Assembly (NCBI GenBank): GCA_000934665.2
Contig: KZ538977.1
Span: 1-37,742, forward strand
From: Catajapyx aquilonaris
Lineage: Eukaryota
DNA: 37,742 bases
Direction of reading: 5' to 3'
Shown here: piece by piece, positions 23,627 through 35,303 of the stretch
How the letters are laid out: each line of letters opens with the position of its first letter
How positions within the stretch are numbered: the first letter of the stretch is position 1
Notes under the pieces: model-generated
Seen by the model: the letters and a program-made list of their open reading frames with translations, nothing else
The model's database searches: none
What the model was told of the DNA's origin: nothing
Translations under genes and position numbers: made by a program

Positions 23627-24374
23627 TATGAAGCCCAGGAGAAAATTGTGTATACAGTAATTCCTTGATGGAAAGTGACTTGTTGCAATATGCTAAGGAT
23701 GGACAGAGCTGTTGCTATTTCTAGTCAGAGTGAGTAAGATTGTCATCTTTGGGATCTTACCCATTTCTGGACGTATGAATGGACTACAGACTGTAGAAAC
23801 ACCCATCGATCGAATTCATGCATGGCTAGCAAGAAAATATTCGATTTACCCACTAATTTTCGAGGGCCCAAATTCGTGCACATGTGACGACGGAATGCCA
23901 CGCCCATTATTCTGGCTACATTTTAAAGGAAAACTAATTCTATACACCCATTATCCTCGTCTTTTTCTTTCATTTGATATAATTATATTATGTTTATTGG
24001 ACTTTGACCACTTCCACGATCCGAAAAAATTCTCCAAAAAGGCCTCATTTCAGGTCCTTTCCAAACATTCACGATTACCCCTCTCCTCACTGGATTGCAA
24101 AATGTCGCTGAAACTAGATATTAAGCATTATGAAATACTAGCATTAGGCGTGTATGGCTGTGGTTTTTTTCGCCAAAATCCGTGATGGTCTCGCAGAATT
24201 TCGGCCCATTTGATTCGGAATGATACCAATATTTTGAGGACTTTGCTGGTTTTTGAATGCCCCTAGGACAAAAACAAAGGTCATACAAAATGAAATGTCA
24301 TTATAATTTTGAGTTACCAGTGATCTAAGGAACACTGACAAAATATCTTGTTGCATAGTGTTATGGGCGACCCG

Positions 24375-24390
24375 CAGGTTGGGAACCACG
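24375..24390. mobile_element. Solo hAT (Charlie-like) terminal repeat
   Basis: CAGGTTGGGAACCAC resembles the reverse complement of CAGTGGTTCCCAACCTG-type ends; the sequence to its left may be element body. Confidence 0.4.
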
Positions 24391-24404
24391 ACCCTAGACT
24401 ATTA

Positions 24405-24667
24405 TACTTTCCATTCGCTCTGCTACGGAGTAGCCTGGGTATCTCCAAACATCGCTTCTGGAGATTGTCTGGCAGCCTAAACCTCCTGGGAGACTGCACA
24501 AAATAATGCATCAGCGACAATCTACTTGCGCAAGTCCCTTCCCTCCCATTCTCCAAATTATTCCCCTTCTCCTTGCATTGACTTTAAAAAAAGAAAAGAA
24601 AATTTAATTGCAAAATGGTGGTATATCATCCACCCTGAACTCCTGTAAAGGGTTTCACGGGGTTTGA
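24405..24667 (+). mobile_element. 5'-truncated, diverged relative of SINE family B
   Basis: Shares TGTCTGGCA.CCTAA(A)CCTCCTGGG, AAAATGGTGGTAT and the CCC...CACGGGGT tail with 26936-27280. Confidence 0.6.
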
Positions 24668-24795
24668 TTGATTGATTGATTGATTGAAGGTTTAATGGCG
24701 CAACAGCAGCAATGGCTATACTGCGCCAAGCACCTGTGACGTTGGAGGGGAGGGCAGGCAACACCACCCCAACCCCAACGTTAACTGAACCGAAG

Positions 24796-24866
<71 letters not shown>

Positions 24867-25499
24867 GGTGTTTACGACCTAACTTTACAAACTTCTAGGG
24901 GTGATAGAGGGGACCAAGACAAACATTTTTGACATAGGAACCCGTGTCCGGAAACGCCATCTAGAGGGGGTTCATAGACAAGGAACGGGTGCGCTCAGAC
25001 GCGTCACGCGAGAGGCGCAAGTCAAGCAGACTGTTTTGTTGATAGATGGCGCTCAAATAGTAACCAACGATGCGATGTGCCATAACGTGGCAACAGCAGA
25101 GCCATCTAGCAACTTAAGTCCGCCTCCTAGGAGACGCGCGGATAGTCAACAGCGGTTCTGTTGTTGCCATGTTATGGCGTATCGTGTTTTCTTACATAAA
25201 CTGGCAACAACTGCGCGCCATCTATCAACAAAACAGTCCGCTCGACTTGCGCCTCTCGCGTGACGCGTCTGAGCGCACCCGTTCCTCGTCTATGAACCCC
25301 CTCTAGATGGCGTTTCCGGACACGGTTTCCTATGTCAAAAATGTTTGTCTTGGTCCCCTCTATTACCCCTGGAAGATTGTAAAGTTAGGTCGTAAACACC
25401 CTGTATATATATAGCATATTTTTAAAAAATGAGATAATTAAATAATTATCAGTTTACTTGAGCATTTATTACAGTTGCGTATATAAAATTCCAATAGAG
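24668..25499 (-). mobile_element. Short 5'-truncated retroposon (I/Nimb-like 3' end) carrying a (TA)n tract and a MITE
   Basis: 14-bp TSD TTCACGGGGTTTGA (24654-24667, 25500-25513); minus-strand 3' end TGGCGCA...TGCGCCATTAAAC followed by (CAAT)n. Confidence 0.65.
24864..25403. mobile_element. Palindromic Tc1/mariner-type MITE in a (TA)n microsatellite
   Basis: TA|CAGGGTGTTTACGACC ... GGTCGTAAACACCCTG|TA, arms ~235 bp; (TA)n at 24800-24863. Confidence 0.92.
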
Positions 25500-26935
25500 T
25501 TCACGGGGTTTGAAATGGTGAGGTTTTTACACAATGACGCTCCTAACCCTAGGATAAAATCAGTTTGGTGTACTACTTATTGGTTGTACTATTTTTTTAA
25601 AAAAAGAACAATGAACTAGATGAGAAAATAAAATGAATTTTATCCCCTGGAAATTGCACATTGCCCCTCAATCTTCTTAGGTTCCATAGAGTTAGACCCT
25701 GGAGGCTGGCGTTTACTCTTCGATATAATCTGAAAGAGATCGTCAAATGTGAGATTGTAGTAATTGCCAATCATGCCCTACATCAAATTTTATTCTACAC
25801 AAATATACCAGGAGAGGTGACGAAGAACATTTTCAACATTTTCTCTTATTTGGATTGCTTCTCATGATCTCATCCATTGCTTGTTATAGCTTAGTTATGC
25901 GTATTCACACTCTCCAGAGATCTTCCACAAAAACAGGATTGCACAGCTAGTGACTCACCCCATATTTAGAATATGACTATCTGGACAACATGTCTAATAC
26001 AGGTTATAAGGCTACATATCAGGCATTGCAACATTAGATAAACTGTTTCGAATATCCTTCAATGTGTAAGAATCCTCATTCCTGACAAGACAGTGAGTAG
26101 ACTATAATAGTGCTAACTCCGTGCTGTCTGTAAACTTGACAAGGCAATGAATAAAGGACTACCGCGAATTCAGTTCAGCGGAGGAATGAGAAATGATATT
26201 GTGTCACATGGCAAACAAAACCTACCAATATTTCAGATATGTCAGAAACTAGGTTCTCACTTGCAGGTCAGGTTGTACCACTGAATGGGGACTGACACTG
26301 AGGATTTTTATTATTTTGTTGGGGATAATAGTAATAATATTCTTCTGTTACAGTACATTTCACCTTCAGTGGTGCAACCTGGCCTATATAGCAATGTGTT
26401 TGTTGCTCTTCAGAATCCCAATGATATTGCACCATGCAGTTGCCACAGATCTTAACAGAGATAGTAGATATGCAATATGTACAGTACCAGAAACATTGAT
26501 AATGTCACATGACTTTTGCATTGTACCACAATAAATTATTATTGTTCCCTGAATGAATAAAATTATCAAGTGTATAAATTGGATTCCACCAAGAAAAGTA
26601 AGGCAGCAAAGATAAAAACTCACCTCGTCCATGCGGCCTGCCGAAGCTCATATACCACATCATTTCCAGAACTACAGGTCGGGGAGGCGGAGGGTCCCCT
26701 AGCGATCCCTGGAGATAAACCAAATAATATTCGCTATATTCCAATCAATAATATCTTCTTACCTGACAGCACTACAGTAAATCATATTGGACTGTTACCA
26801 CATTATCCTGGGTGGCAAATGTGCTCAATTCTCATTACGTTTTGGTTAGATAAAAACTTTAACAGCGAAATGACATGTCAGAGTTCGGGAAGGTTTTTGA
26901 TGTTAAGGTGAATGGTGGCATCAATTAGAAAAGTG

Positions 26936-27280
26936 GGGGAGGTGTGGTGGCCGTGATGGTAACGTCACGGCTTGCTGTGTGAAAGGCACCAGGTTCGATC
27001 CCCGCCTGGGGAACTTTCCTTTCACCTGCGTCGGGAGGGTCTCTGACCTGCACCAAGGAGGTGTCTGGCAACCTAACCTCCTGGGGAACAGCACATGACC
27101 CGTTTTCAGACGTGCACCTTGCACTCATGTTCCCTCCCCAAAAATCCCCTATCCCTTCCCCATGTCCTTTCATCCTTGCACCGGAGTGAAGAAGAAAAAA
27201 TAGAAAATTGAAGAAAAATGGTGGTATCCCACCCCCCTATAAGGACCCATGGCCCTAGCACGGGGTAACGTAAAAAAAAT
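26936..27280 (+). mobile_element. tRNA-derived SINE family B, full length
   Basis: A box TGGCCGTGATGG, B box GGTTCGATCC, 13-bp TSD AATTAGAAAAGTG (26923-26935, 27281-27293). Confidence 0.9.
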
Positions 27281-27490
27281 AATTAGAAAAGTGAACCAAG
27301 AAGGGTGAAAGACAGTGCGAACTGATGAGATGCAAGTACGGCATAATGGTCCGAATGTTGCTAATACCGTATGATCTTATCATCACAGTCTTTTCTTTTC
27401 ATATTCAACTGAAACAATGTATCAATGAAGTTATGAGCACTACGTAAAATTATTAACTCACAAGTCAGGCTGTTGATTTTGAAGTTACAG

Positions 27491-27491
<1 letters not shown>

Positions 27492-27536
<45 letters not shown>
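27492..27536. repeat. (CT)n microsatellite
   Basis: Direct reading. Confidence 0.95.
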
Positions 27537-27538
<2 letters not shown>

Positions 27539-28199
27539 CATTATCATGTACCTTTTTTACTAAAAATTATTGTTAATTCAAAATAAAGTGTTGTGTAACA
27601 AAATAATCTTGCTGTTCTTCTACAAAGAACTATATGGCCATTCCCACGTGCCACACGGATCGTGTTTCTTCCCCCCGATAATAGCGATTGGTGAATTTTT
27701 GGAACTTCCTATGGGATGCAGTGGTGCTCCTGTGGGGAATGCTGTCGGAAGATGCAAACATAGCATCTAATACAGAGGGGGAAACGCAAGCTGTGTGGTG
27801 GTTAGATGAACTGAATTTGATCACAAGTGCTGGACATGCTGAATATTTCGCATTTCCACAACTCCAAGACAGAGTCTATGCAACTGAAGTGTAATGACGT
27901 GTCCTCCATCACTCCTGACATGTTGGAGATAACCTCTGGGGAGGGAGATTTTCGGCTTAAAATTGTGCTTGGTACTAAAGGAGCAATGGTGGAAGGCTAC
28001 TGCATTTTTTTTTTACATAAACTTGATGACTGTCCCTTCTAATTTGTACAATTTCGACGCCATGGTCCAGTAACTTACGTAGTAGAAGCAAGTTCAAACT
28101 AGGAAGGTTCATGGTGGACACCCTGTATTCTTGAGATAAATGTAGAGCAAAGCTATCTCCACAGGTCAGAATATACAGTATAATGCTGTAAAAATAACT

Positions 28200-28417
28200 C
28201 TATTGATAGGTCGACAAACAAAGCATAAAGCTTTCCTTTCGATTTTGATAGGCGGTCCTGAAAGATCTGATCAAGGCAGGCTTCACCCTGCCTAAAGGAT
28301 GTTTGACTTTCAGGAATATAATATCTCATTGGCTTCTGACCAATGTTGTATTCTTAACACTAAGATCGACGTAAAAAAGTTTGAAGACGTTGTGTAAACA
28401 GGGTAATAACTTATGAC
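28200..28417 (-). mobile_element. LINE RT fragment, continuing 33417-33490 across the hAT insertion
   Basis: FFTSILVLRIQHWSEANEI/IPESQTSFRQGEACLDQIF...SKGKLYALFVDLS matches RT motifs Q.GFR....DQIF and LYALFVD. Confidence 0.8.
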
Positions 28418-29155
28418 CAGCGGCGGATTTAGGGGGGCAGCCCCCCAGCTCATGTGGATTCAATAAAATAGCCTGCAGTATTGTATAGGAAGCACCTTTT
28501 TTCCCAATTTATTTTTCTCACAGAAAAAAACTTAAAATCCGGCCTTTCTTCCTTCTCTGCACATAATACTCGCACCTCCCTCCCTTCCATGCTCTCCCTA
28601 GTCCCTACATCCTACAAATATTCAGAAACTCCTTCATATATTGGCAGTGTTGCTTGTCACTACCTGCACCGCCGAGAGGTCATTTTCCACACTGCGACGT
28701 CTCAAAACGCATTTACGCTGCACCATGGGACAGGATCGCATGAATGGTTAGTTTATTTTAGTCAACATACACCGTGACCTTGATATAGCACCAGAAGAAG
28801 TGATTATAATATATTTGTCATGTCAGGTTTGATTATTAATGTTTTCTTTATTGATTATTTCGCCTAAAGACAGTAGCGAAATCGGTGCATACCACTTATT
28901 CGCTAATTGACTTGGGCGTCTACTAGTCAACAATGTGGCATTTCTTTATAATTATTTATTATTATTATTTATAATTACTTATTATGTATGCACTGCAATA
29001 CACAGCAAGTTGTTAGCAAACATAAAGTAACATTAATGTACTTATAAATGTAACACAAAAAAATAAGCAATGGCATTTGATAAGCAAATGATATATCGGA
29101 ATAACACTGTAGTGTGCCCTTCAAAACGAATTATTTATAAATGTTAGCTTTTTGA

Positions 29156-29186
<31 letters not shown>

Positions 29187-29412
29187 CACAAATTGGTCCA
29201 TTAAAACTAACATAAACAGTCATAAAGATGTCTCCGCAAATGTATACATGCCCGTTCGGGTGGCAAGTGGCAATTAATATGCCACAGTAATACTAACAGC
29301 AGAAGATGAAGGAACCCATTCATTGCACATGCATGCAGAATCATTCTTGGGCTGTCCAGTCAAGGAAGAACATCAATTATACAGTGTGTCCAAGAGAAGT
29401 AACTGCAGAACT

Positions 29413-29589
29413 ATGTGGCAAGTGATAATGATACTGCTGTTGTTCGTGTGGTGGTTGGTGAGACGCGTCTGGAACCAACCACGAACATCGATGGTGGAGA
29501 CCGCAACCCAGACCGATCCTCGGAGGAGGGCTCCGGTTTATTACGATAGTGATGATCACCCCAGAGCACCGTACCACAGCACAACATGA
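29413..29589 (+). other. Small ORF (58 aa): hydrophobic N-terminus plus ETATQT motif; probably part of a decayed longer frame
   Basis: MWQVIMILLLFVWWLVRRVWNQPRTSMVETATQTDPRRRAPVYYDSDDHPRAPYHSTT*. Confidence 0.3.
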
Positions 29590-29860
29590 CATGCATCACG
29601 CAGGAGAGGGTAGCACACTTCAACACCGATGGACGAGGCTGGACGAGGAATGATCACCACATAAGATACTTATCATCAGGTGGGCCGCTTCCACTGTTTC
29701 GAGGATTTTCGCGAATTTTACAGTTGGTGCGAATACACTAACTGCCCTGCACGAGTTTATTCCAGCGGCATAAGGATCCAGCCCATCCAATAGTATGCAG
29801 AGTACGTTGAGTGACGCTAGTGACAACGCAGTGACAACACAGTGCCTGTGTTACCATATA

Positions 29861-30271
29861 CAGGGTGTATCTGAACTCATCAGTGCCCCGACGTATATGG
29901 CTGCCTTCCTAGCCACCAGAGGAGTCATTATGTCTGGCCGCCGCATTACTGAGATAAATGCCCGCAAAGATGTAGTACGAAATATCCTGTCGGTTAGGCC
30001 ACCCATCGAACCCTCCCCCAGTCAGAAGGCTCTGGAAGGTCTGGGGGCGGGACTTTGTTGGTTTGTTGCCCACAGGTGGTAAGGCCTCTTTGGCTAGTTA
30101 CACCAGAAAATTCTATTTAAAAGTCAGAAGGAGCGATTAGGCAAAAATCGCTAAAGAGTGTATCTCAGTAATGAGGCTGCCCAGACATAATGACTCCTCT
30201 ACATAAGTTGATCCTCTGGTGGCTAGGAAGGCAGTCATATACGTCGGGGCACTGAGTTCAGATACACCCTG
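29861..30271. mobile_element. Tc1/mariner-type MITE
   Basis: TA|CAGGGTGTATCTGAACTCA ... TGAGTTCAGATACACCCTG|TA, arms ~75 bp. Confidence 0.88.
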
Positions 30272-30508
30272 TATATAGTGCTCGCTATTGTATGATACCA
30301 GTCAACTCTCTCTCTCTCTCTCTTTATATATATATGTATATTATTCAGCAACTTCGGCATATTCAGTGTGGAAGGGACGTAAGTAATTGTTCAAGTGACG
30401 TAATTATGTCCTGCAAAGTGTTAACAAAGTGTTCAACCCTAATACACATAGCCTGCTTATTGTTCAATATTCAAGAAAAATATTTTGCTGTAGTAACATG
30501 TATGTAAA

Positions 30509-30865
30509 TTTTTTATTGTTTTTTATTTTAATTTTACCCCGTGATGTCCCTTACGGGAGCTATAGGGGGGTGGCATACCACCATCAGTTTTCTGTATTTA
30601 TTTTCACTTCATTCTCCGGTACAAGGAAACAGGGACAATGGGAAAGAATCGGGATTTTGGGGGAGGGAACATGGGTGCAAGGTGCAATGTCGTAGCTATG
30701 GGTCATGTGCTGTTCCCCAGGAGGTTAGGTTGACAGACACCTCCTTGGTGCAGGTCAGAGACCCTCCTGACGCAGGTGAAAGGAAAGTTCCCCAGGCGGG
30801 GATCGAACCTGGGGCCTTTCACTCAGCAAACCGAGACGTTACCATCTCGGCCACCACACCTCCCC
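30509..30865 (-). mobile_element. SINE family B, full length
   Basis: Highly similar to 26936-27280; 13-bp TSD ACATGTATGTAAA (30496-30508, 30866-30878). Confidence 0.9.
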
Positions 30866-31012
30866 ACATGTATGTAAAATGACAAAGAGTGTATACTATT
30901 GTGTGTTATAAGAGTTATGGGTGCCAGAGTTAATGACAAACTACGTTTGCAAAGGAGATTGAAAATTCTTTACCGCTCCGGGTGGATATTTGTCATGTCA
31001 GGTTTGTAGTCC

Positions 31013-31125
<113 letters not shown>

Positions 31126-31978
31126 CAGCGCCCAGCTGTAGTCATCAAATGGCATGATTTGTAGTAGTTTCAAACTAAACAAAATTAGATTATTTTTAAA
31201 TCAGTATCAGTACAATTCATTTGAATGTTTAATTAGTTTTACATTCAGTATATCATAATTTAATGGGCATGAAATTATTGTCATACTGTACATCAATGAT
31301 AGAATATAAGCTGTTTCATATGTGCATTATGCAAATGTGAAGTTTTATTCACTTATTTCCCCACAGTCATGAATAATGACAGCAAAGTGAATTGATATAT
31401 TCTTAGTTTCACCATTAGCTCTTGGTTTCACTGTAGAAAGAGATTATCATGCTCTTAGTCACCAGGTGGTAAATCAACATTTCTCTTAAATTTACAGATG
31501 CAAAATACAAAATAGCAGTAGTTTTAAGTGGGCTACAATTAATGAAAAAATGTCTTTGTCATATTTGGATGTCCTATATTTGGATGAGTCTACTTTCAAT
31601 GTATTCATTTTGTTATAACGTATAATCAGTACATATAATTTAATAAGCTAGAAATTATTGATTTTTATCTTTTACAATCTAATCCTGTCTCATATGTGCA
31701 TTATGCAAATGTGAAGTTTTTGCAAATTTTGTTTTACCACTGAATAATGGAACCAAATGGCATGATCTCTATTATTTGTTCACTGCATGGAGGAACGTAG
31801 GTCTAAAATTCAGAGTTGCTAGTTGGTTACTCACTGTCAGTATTTATCTTGACCTATTGTATTTGGAAATCAGTAACAGACAGGCTTACAATTTACTAAT
31901 GAGACATCAGCAATTTGTGTGGGGTGTTTTAATTCCAGAAAATCCATTTCTTTTTAATATGTTGATGTTATTGAGATA

Positions 31979-32570
31979 CGAGGGCGAATCAGAAAGTAAT
32001 TGAAGACGTTTTTAATTCATATGTTTTACTAGAGAAACTGAAACTGAGATACACATATTATGAAAGGGCAAGCCTCTTCTTCTCATTTTAGACATAGGCA
32101 TCATACACTTTGGTGCACTTGTCCTAGCGGGACACTAGTTTTTCCATACCCCTGCAGGAAAAAGCGTCAGGCTGGGTGGGAAGCCAGTGACTGATGCCCT
32201 CTTTCACTTCCTCGATGTCGCTGAATTTATGACCTGCCAGGTGCTTCTTCATTGGTCCAAAGAGATGGTATACCATGGTTTAAACCACATATTTTTTAAT
32301 GAAAAATGAAGCACTAGCTTCTCAAGACCTCAGTGACATCGAGGAAGTGAAAGAGGCCATCCCCCACTGGCTTCACACCCAGCATGACGCGTTTTTATGC
32401 AGGGGTATGGAAAAACTAGTGTCCCGTTGGGACACGTGCACCAAAGTGTATGGTGACTATTTCTAAAGTTAGAGGAAGACTTGCTCTTTCATATGTATAT
32501 CTCAGTTGCAGTTTCTCGAGTGAAACTTTTGTTTTAAAAAAGTCTTCAATTACTCTCTGATTCGCCCTCT
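31979..32570. mobile_element. mariner-derived fold-back MITE carrying the transposase C-terminus in both arms
   Basis: TA|CGAGGGCGAATCAGAAAGTAA TIR; left arm (minus strand) YHLFGPMKKHLAGHKFSDIEEVKEGISHWL...GMEKLVSR*DKC; right arm (plus strand) SDIEEVKEAIPHWL...GMEKLVSRWDTCTKVYGDY. Confidence 0.9.
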
Positions 32571-32894
32571 TAGTTCAGCTGCAGTGAAAATTAAAAATTT
32601 TCCATCAATTTTATAAGTTGCATTTCATCCCCAAGATTTCAAGAAAATTGCAAATAATGTATATGCAATTATATTTCTGCTATAATTTTATTTGATCACC
32701 ATCACATAACCCCCCAAAAAATTAATTTATCCTTCCTAAAAAGGAAGAACATCTCGAAGCAAATCTTGTGTAAATAAGCAATGCTAAGCATGACTGAATG
32801 AGTGGCAGGTAAGTTAAATAGCCCCCCTTGACGCGTAATGTGTCTTCTGATAAGCTGAAATCACTGTAATGTATTTTATTCTAATTGTCATGAA

Positions 32895-33012
32895 AATATC
32901 GATATAATATCGATAGTAGGGCTAACTATCGAGTACCGGTACTCAATATATCGCTGGGTGGATATGTCGATATATCAAAACATCGATACTTTGTTGAAAA
33001 GTCCCATCTCTA
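32895..33012. mobile_element. Solo hAT (Ac-like) end with ATCGAT subterminal repeats
   Basis: Ends GTCCCATCTCTA (reverse complement TAGAGATGGGAC), preceded by several ATCGAT(A) motifs. Confidence 0.5.
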
Positions 33013-33416
33013 CTCCAAGATGTCCAGGCTCGCAATGTCAACCATGACAAATATCCACCCGGAGCGGTAAAGAATTCCAAAACACCGCCAACGCCTACAC
33101 CGCCAACGCCTCATGCTCAATTGATGCTTAGAATGTTATAAATACAGTATGTAACAATTTTTTTTCCTTTCCCAATGCTGGTGAAGAATAAAAGTTTTGT
33201 AAAGTCACGTGTGCATTTTTTGAGTAATTTTGCATCCACATACTGAGCTATTGACGGCAACATGCATTCCCATTATCAAATAGCATAGCGCATGGAATGC
33301 AATATGAAAAAATACTACCAATAAACTAAAGAAATAAATGTAAGATACCATTGACTCACGATGTCAATTATTACCCCCCCCCCTTTTAAATTCATAGATC
33401 CACTACTGCTTATGAC

Positions 33417-34480
33417 TGTAGGTTTTTGGGGATATTTGAGGTCTACTTTATTGACTGTAGGTATAACTGAGGCTTTTAGCCAGCTGGTGGGAATGCCTCT
33501 TATTGTCTTGTCACAGCTGAGAAGTCCTCTGACACACTAAGGGCTGTGGATCGGAGATTCCTGGCATTGATAGCATTTCCTCCTTGTCTTTGAAACCCCA
33601 ACAGGTTGCGAGAATAGGGTGACGGCAGCGATGGGGTTCAATATGTGGTGCACTAGGTGGAATTCTATGTTGCTGAGATAGTTGTTGTGTAGATGATAGC
33701 CCATGATCACTTTATGTAATGCATGTTAGAAATCTGCCCAAGTTTCGTCCTCCCTTTCCTCTATACCGCCCGCCGCAGGCGAAATTTTTTTTTGGGTTCA
33801 AGGTCAAGGAAGGAGGGCTAATCCAAGACAATTTCTGCTTACGCCACTGCATTGTTAACAACAGACAAGCCAGATGGGTCTGCGAAACCGCCAGACTTTT
33901 GAATGTGTTATGAATGCACCCAGGTAATTTCCGTAGGGGGGGGGGGGNNNNNNNNNNNNNNNNNNNNNGGGGTTCAAGGTCACACGATGTTAGGTGAATG
34001 CAGGAGATTTGAATGGGTGTGTCTTTGATGAAATTGGTACCGTACATTTCGGAGGGAGGCCCTGCTGACAAATGACACTATTTGATACTTTATTTAAGTG
34101 TGGGCCTTGGTGGCCCCTGCCGACCCCCTGTTGCCCCTTTTCCTCCCACCGCCCCCCAGGATCATCCCAACGCCCCCTGGGGGGCGGTACCTGCCACTTT
34201 GGGAACCGCTGGTCTACACCATACAGGACCACATTTTGACGTCTGGGCTGGTTCTCCCAGTCGATCTTCCAGACAGGGAAAGACATCCCTCAATCTTCTT
34301 AGTTGGAGGTTTCATGTAATAACCAACCTTTGTTCGTCCAGTTGAGAGTGGAGCACTTTTTGGGTTTCCTCCCATGATGTTTTCATGTTCTGGAGCACTG
34401 CGTCCATGCTGGTCATAATGTTAAAGTCCTCTGCTAGGGAACGAATTTCACTCAGGGATATGTCCTCCTTGGTAGGTTAG
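33417..34480 (-). mobile_element. Decayed LINE: ORF1 fragments joined to the start of RT, interrupted at 33712-34211
   Basis: Coiled-coil, then LEDRL/ENQPRRQNVVLYGV, IEFHLVHHI, HPILATCWGFKDKEEML, NARNLRSTALSVSEDFS (CR1/L2/L1-type ORF1 motifs), then IPTSWLKASVIP (RT). Confidence 0.8.
34075..34211. mobile_element. hAT (Charlie-like) element end inserted in LINE ORF1
   Basis: Reverse complement CAGCGGTTCCCAAAGTGG flanked by GTCTACAC; partner end not seen (N gap nearby). Confidence 0.55.
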
Positions 34481-34811
34481 CTGGGGTAGGTTAGTGTGCA
34501 CACACGTCCAGACGCTACAGAATCCGCCAACTTTTTAGGATTTGAATCACTGTGAACTTTCCCATTGAGAAGGGCCAATTGGCACAATAATTGACATAGT
34601 GAGTCAATGGTATCTTATAGTATTTTCCCAGGCTGCAACTTTATGGTAACAGCTAATTATAGGCCTAATTTTCATCACTGCTGTAGGTAACTGATTGAAA
34701 TAAACTGATTCGCTCCAAAATTCGATAACCAACCTAGGATCATTACTTTCAATAATTCTCGATTGGAATTACGAGGAGCGAGAGAGAAAAAGAAAAAGAA
34801 CGCGTACTTAC

Positions 34812-35303
34812 CACGTTATCTTGGGGAGCATCAGCATCTGCATCGGGGGGAGTGGATTGAGAGACTTGCCGGGGCGACGAAACGGGCGCAGCCTGGGAGC
34901 CTAGCTCAGACTGCCCATCAGGATCGTCCTGACTAGAGTCCCAAGCAATCAGGGACCCTTCGTCTGTGCTGGAGAACGGAGAGTACTGTGCCGGCCCGTC
35001 CAGACTGGACGACGAGGAAGTCGGGGACTCAGAACCGCTGGACGTCGGAGAACCTGGTGCAGACTGTCCAGGCTCGTCCTGACTGGCCGACTCGTTGGAC
35101 GTCGGCGTTCCGGGTTGAGGTGTGCCTGCTTCCGGCTCCCCAGGCCCTTCCTCCCTGGCTGACTCGGTTAAGTTGGACGTTGGCGTTCCGGGTTGAGGTG
35201 TGCCTGCTTCCGGCTCCCCAGGCCCTTCTTCCCTGGCTGTCGGGTCACCCATTTCTCCCGTACGTGTATCCTGGACGCTAGCTGCGACAGGTTTTTCTGC
35301 CAT
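34812..35303 (-). CDS. Putative first coding exon, acidic Ser/Pro-rich low-complexity protein (unknown gene)
   Basis: AAAATGG start, 164 open codons, GC/CpG-rich, in-frame 78-bp tandem duplication, donor GTG|GTAAGT at 34811. Confidence 0.55.

Larger units (their letters stand above)
25640..28120 (-). pseudogene. Putative decayed multi-exon gene with short introns (unidentified; Cys-rich motifs)
   Basis: Clustered donors (GTGAGT at 26623 and 25958, GTGAGA at 26260) and acceptors (26709, 26549, 26082, 25730); peptide ISVKICGNCMVQYHWDSEEQQTHC; frames broken by stops and frameshifts. Confidence 0.3.

Noticed and set aside
23712..24185. 157-aa ORF
   Set aside because: Non-ATG start, no domain motif, and it lies in the probable interior of a non-autonomous DNA transposon.
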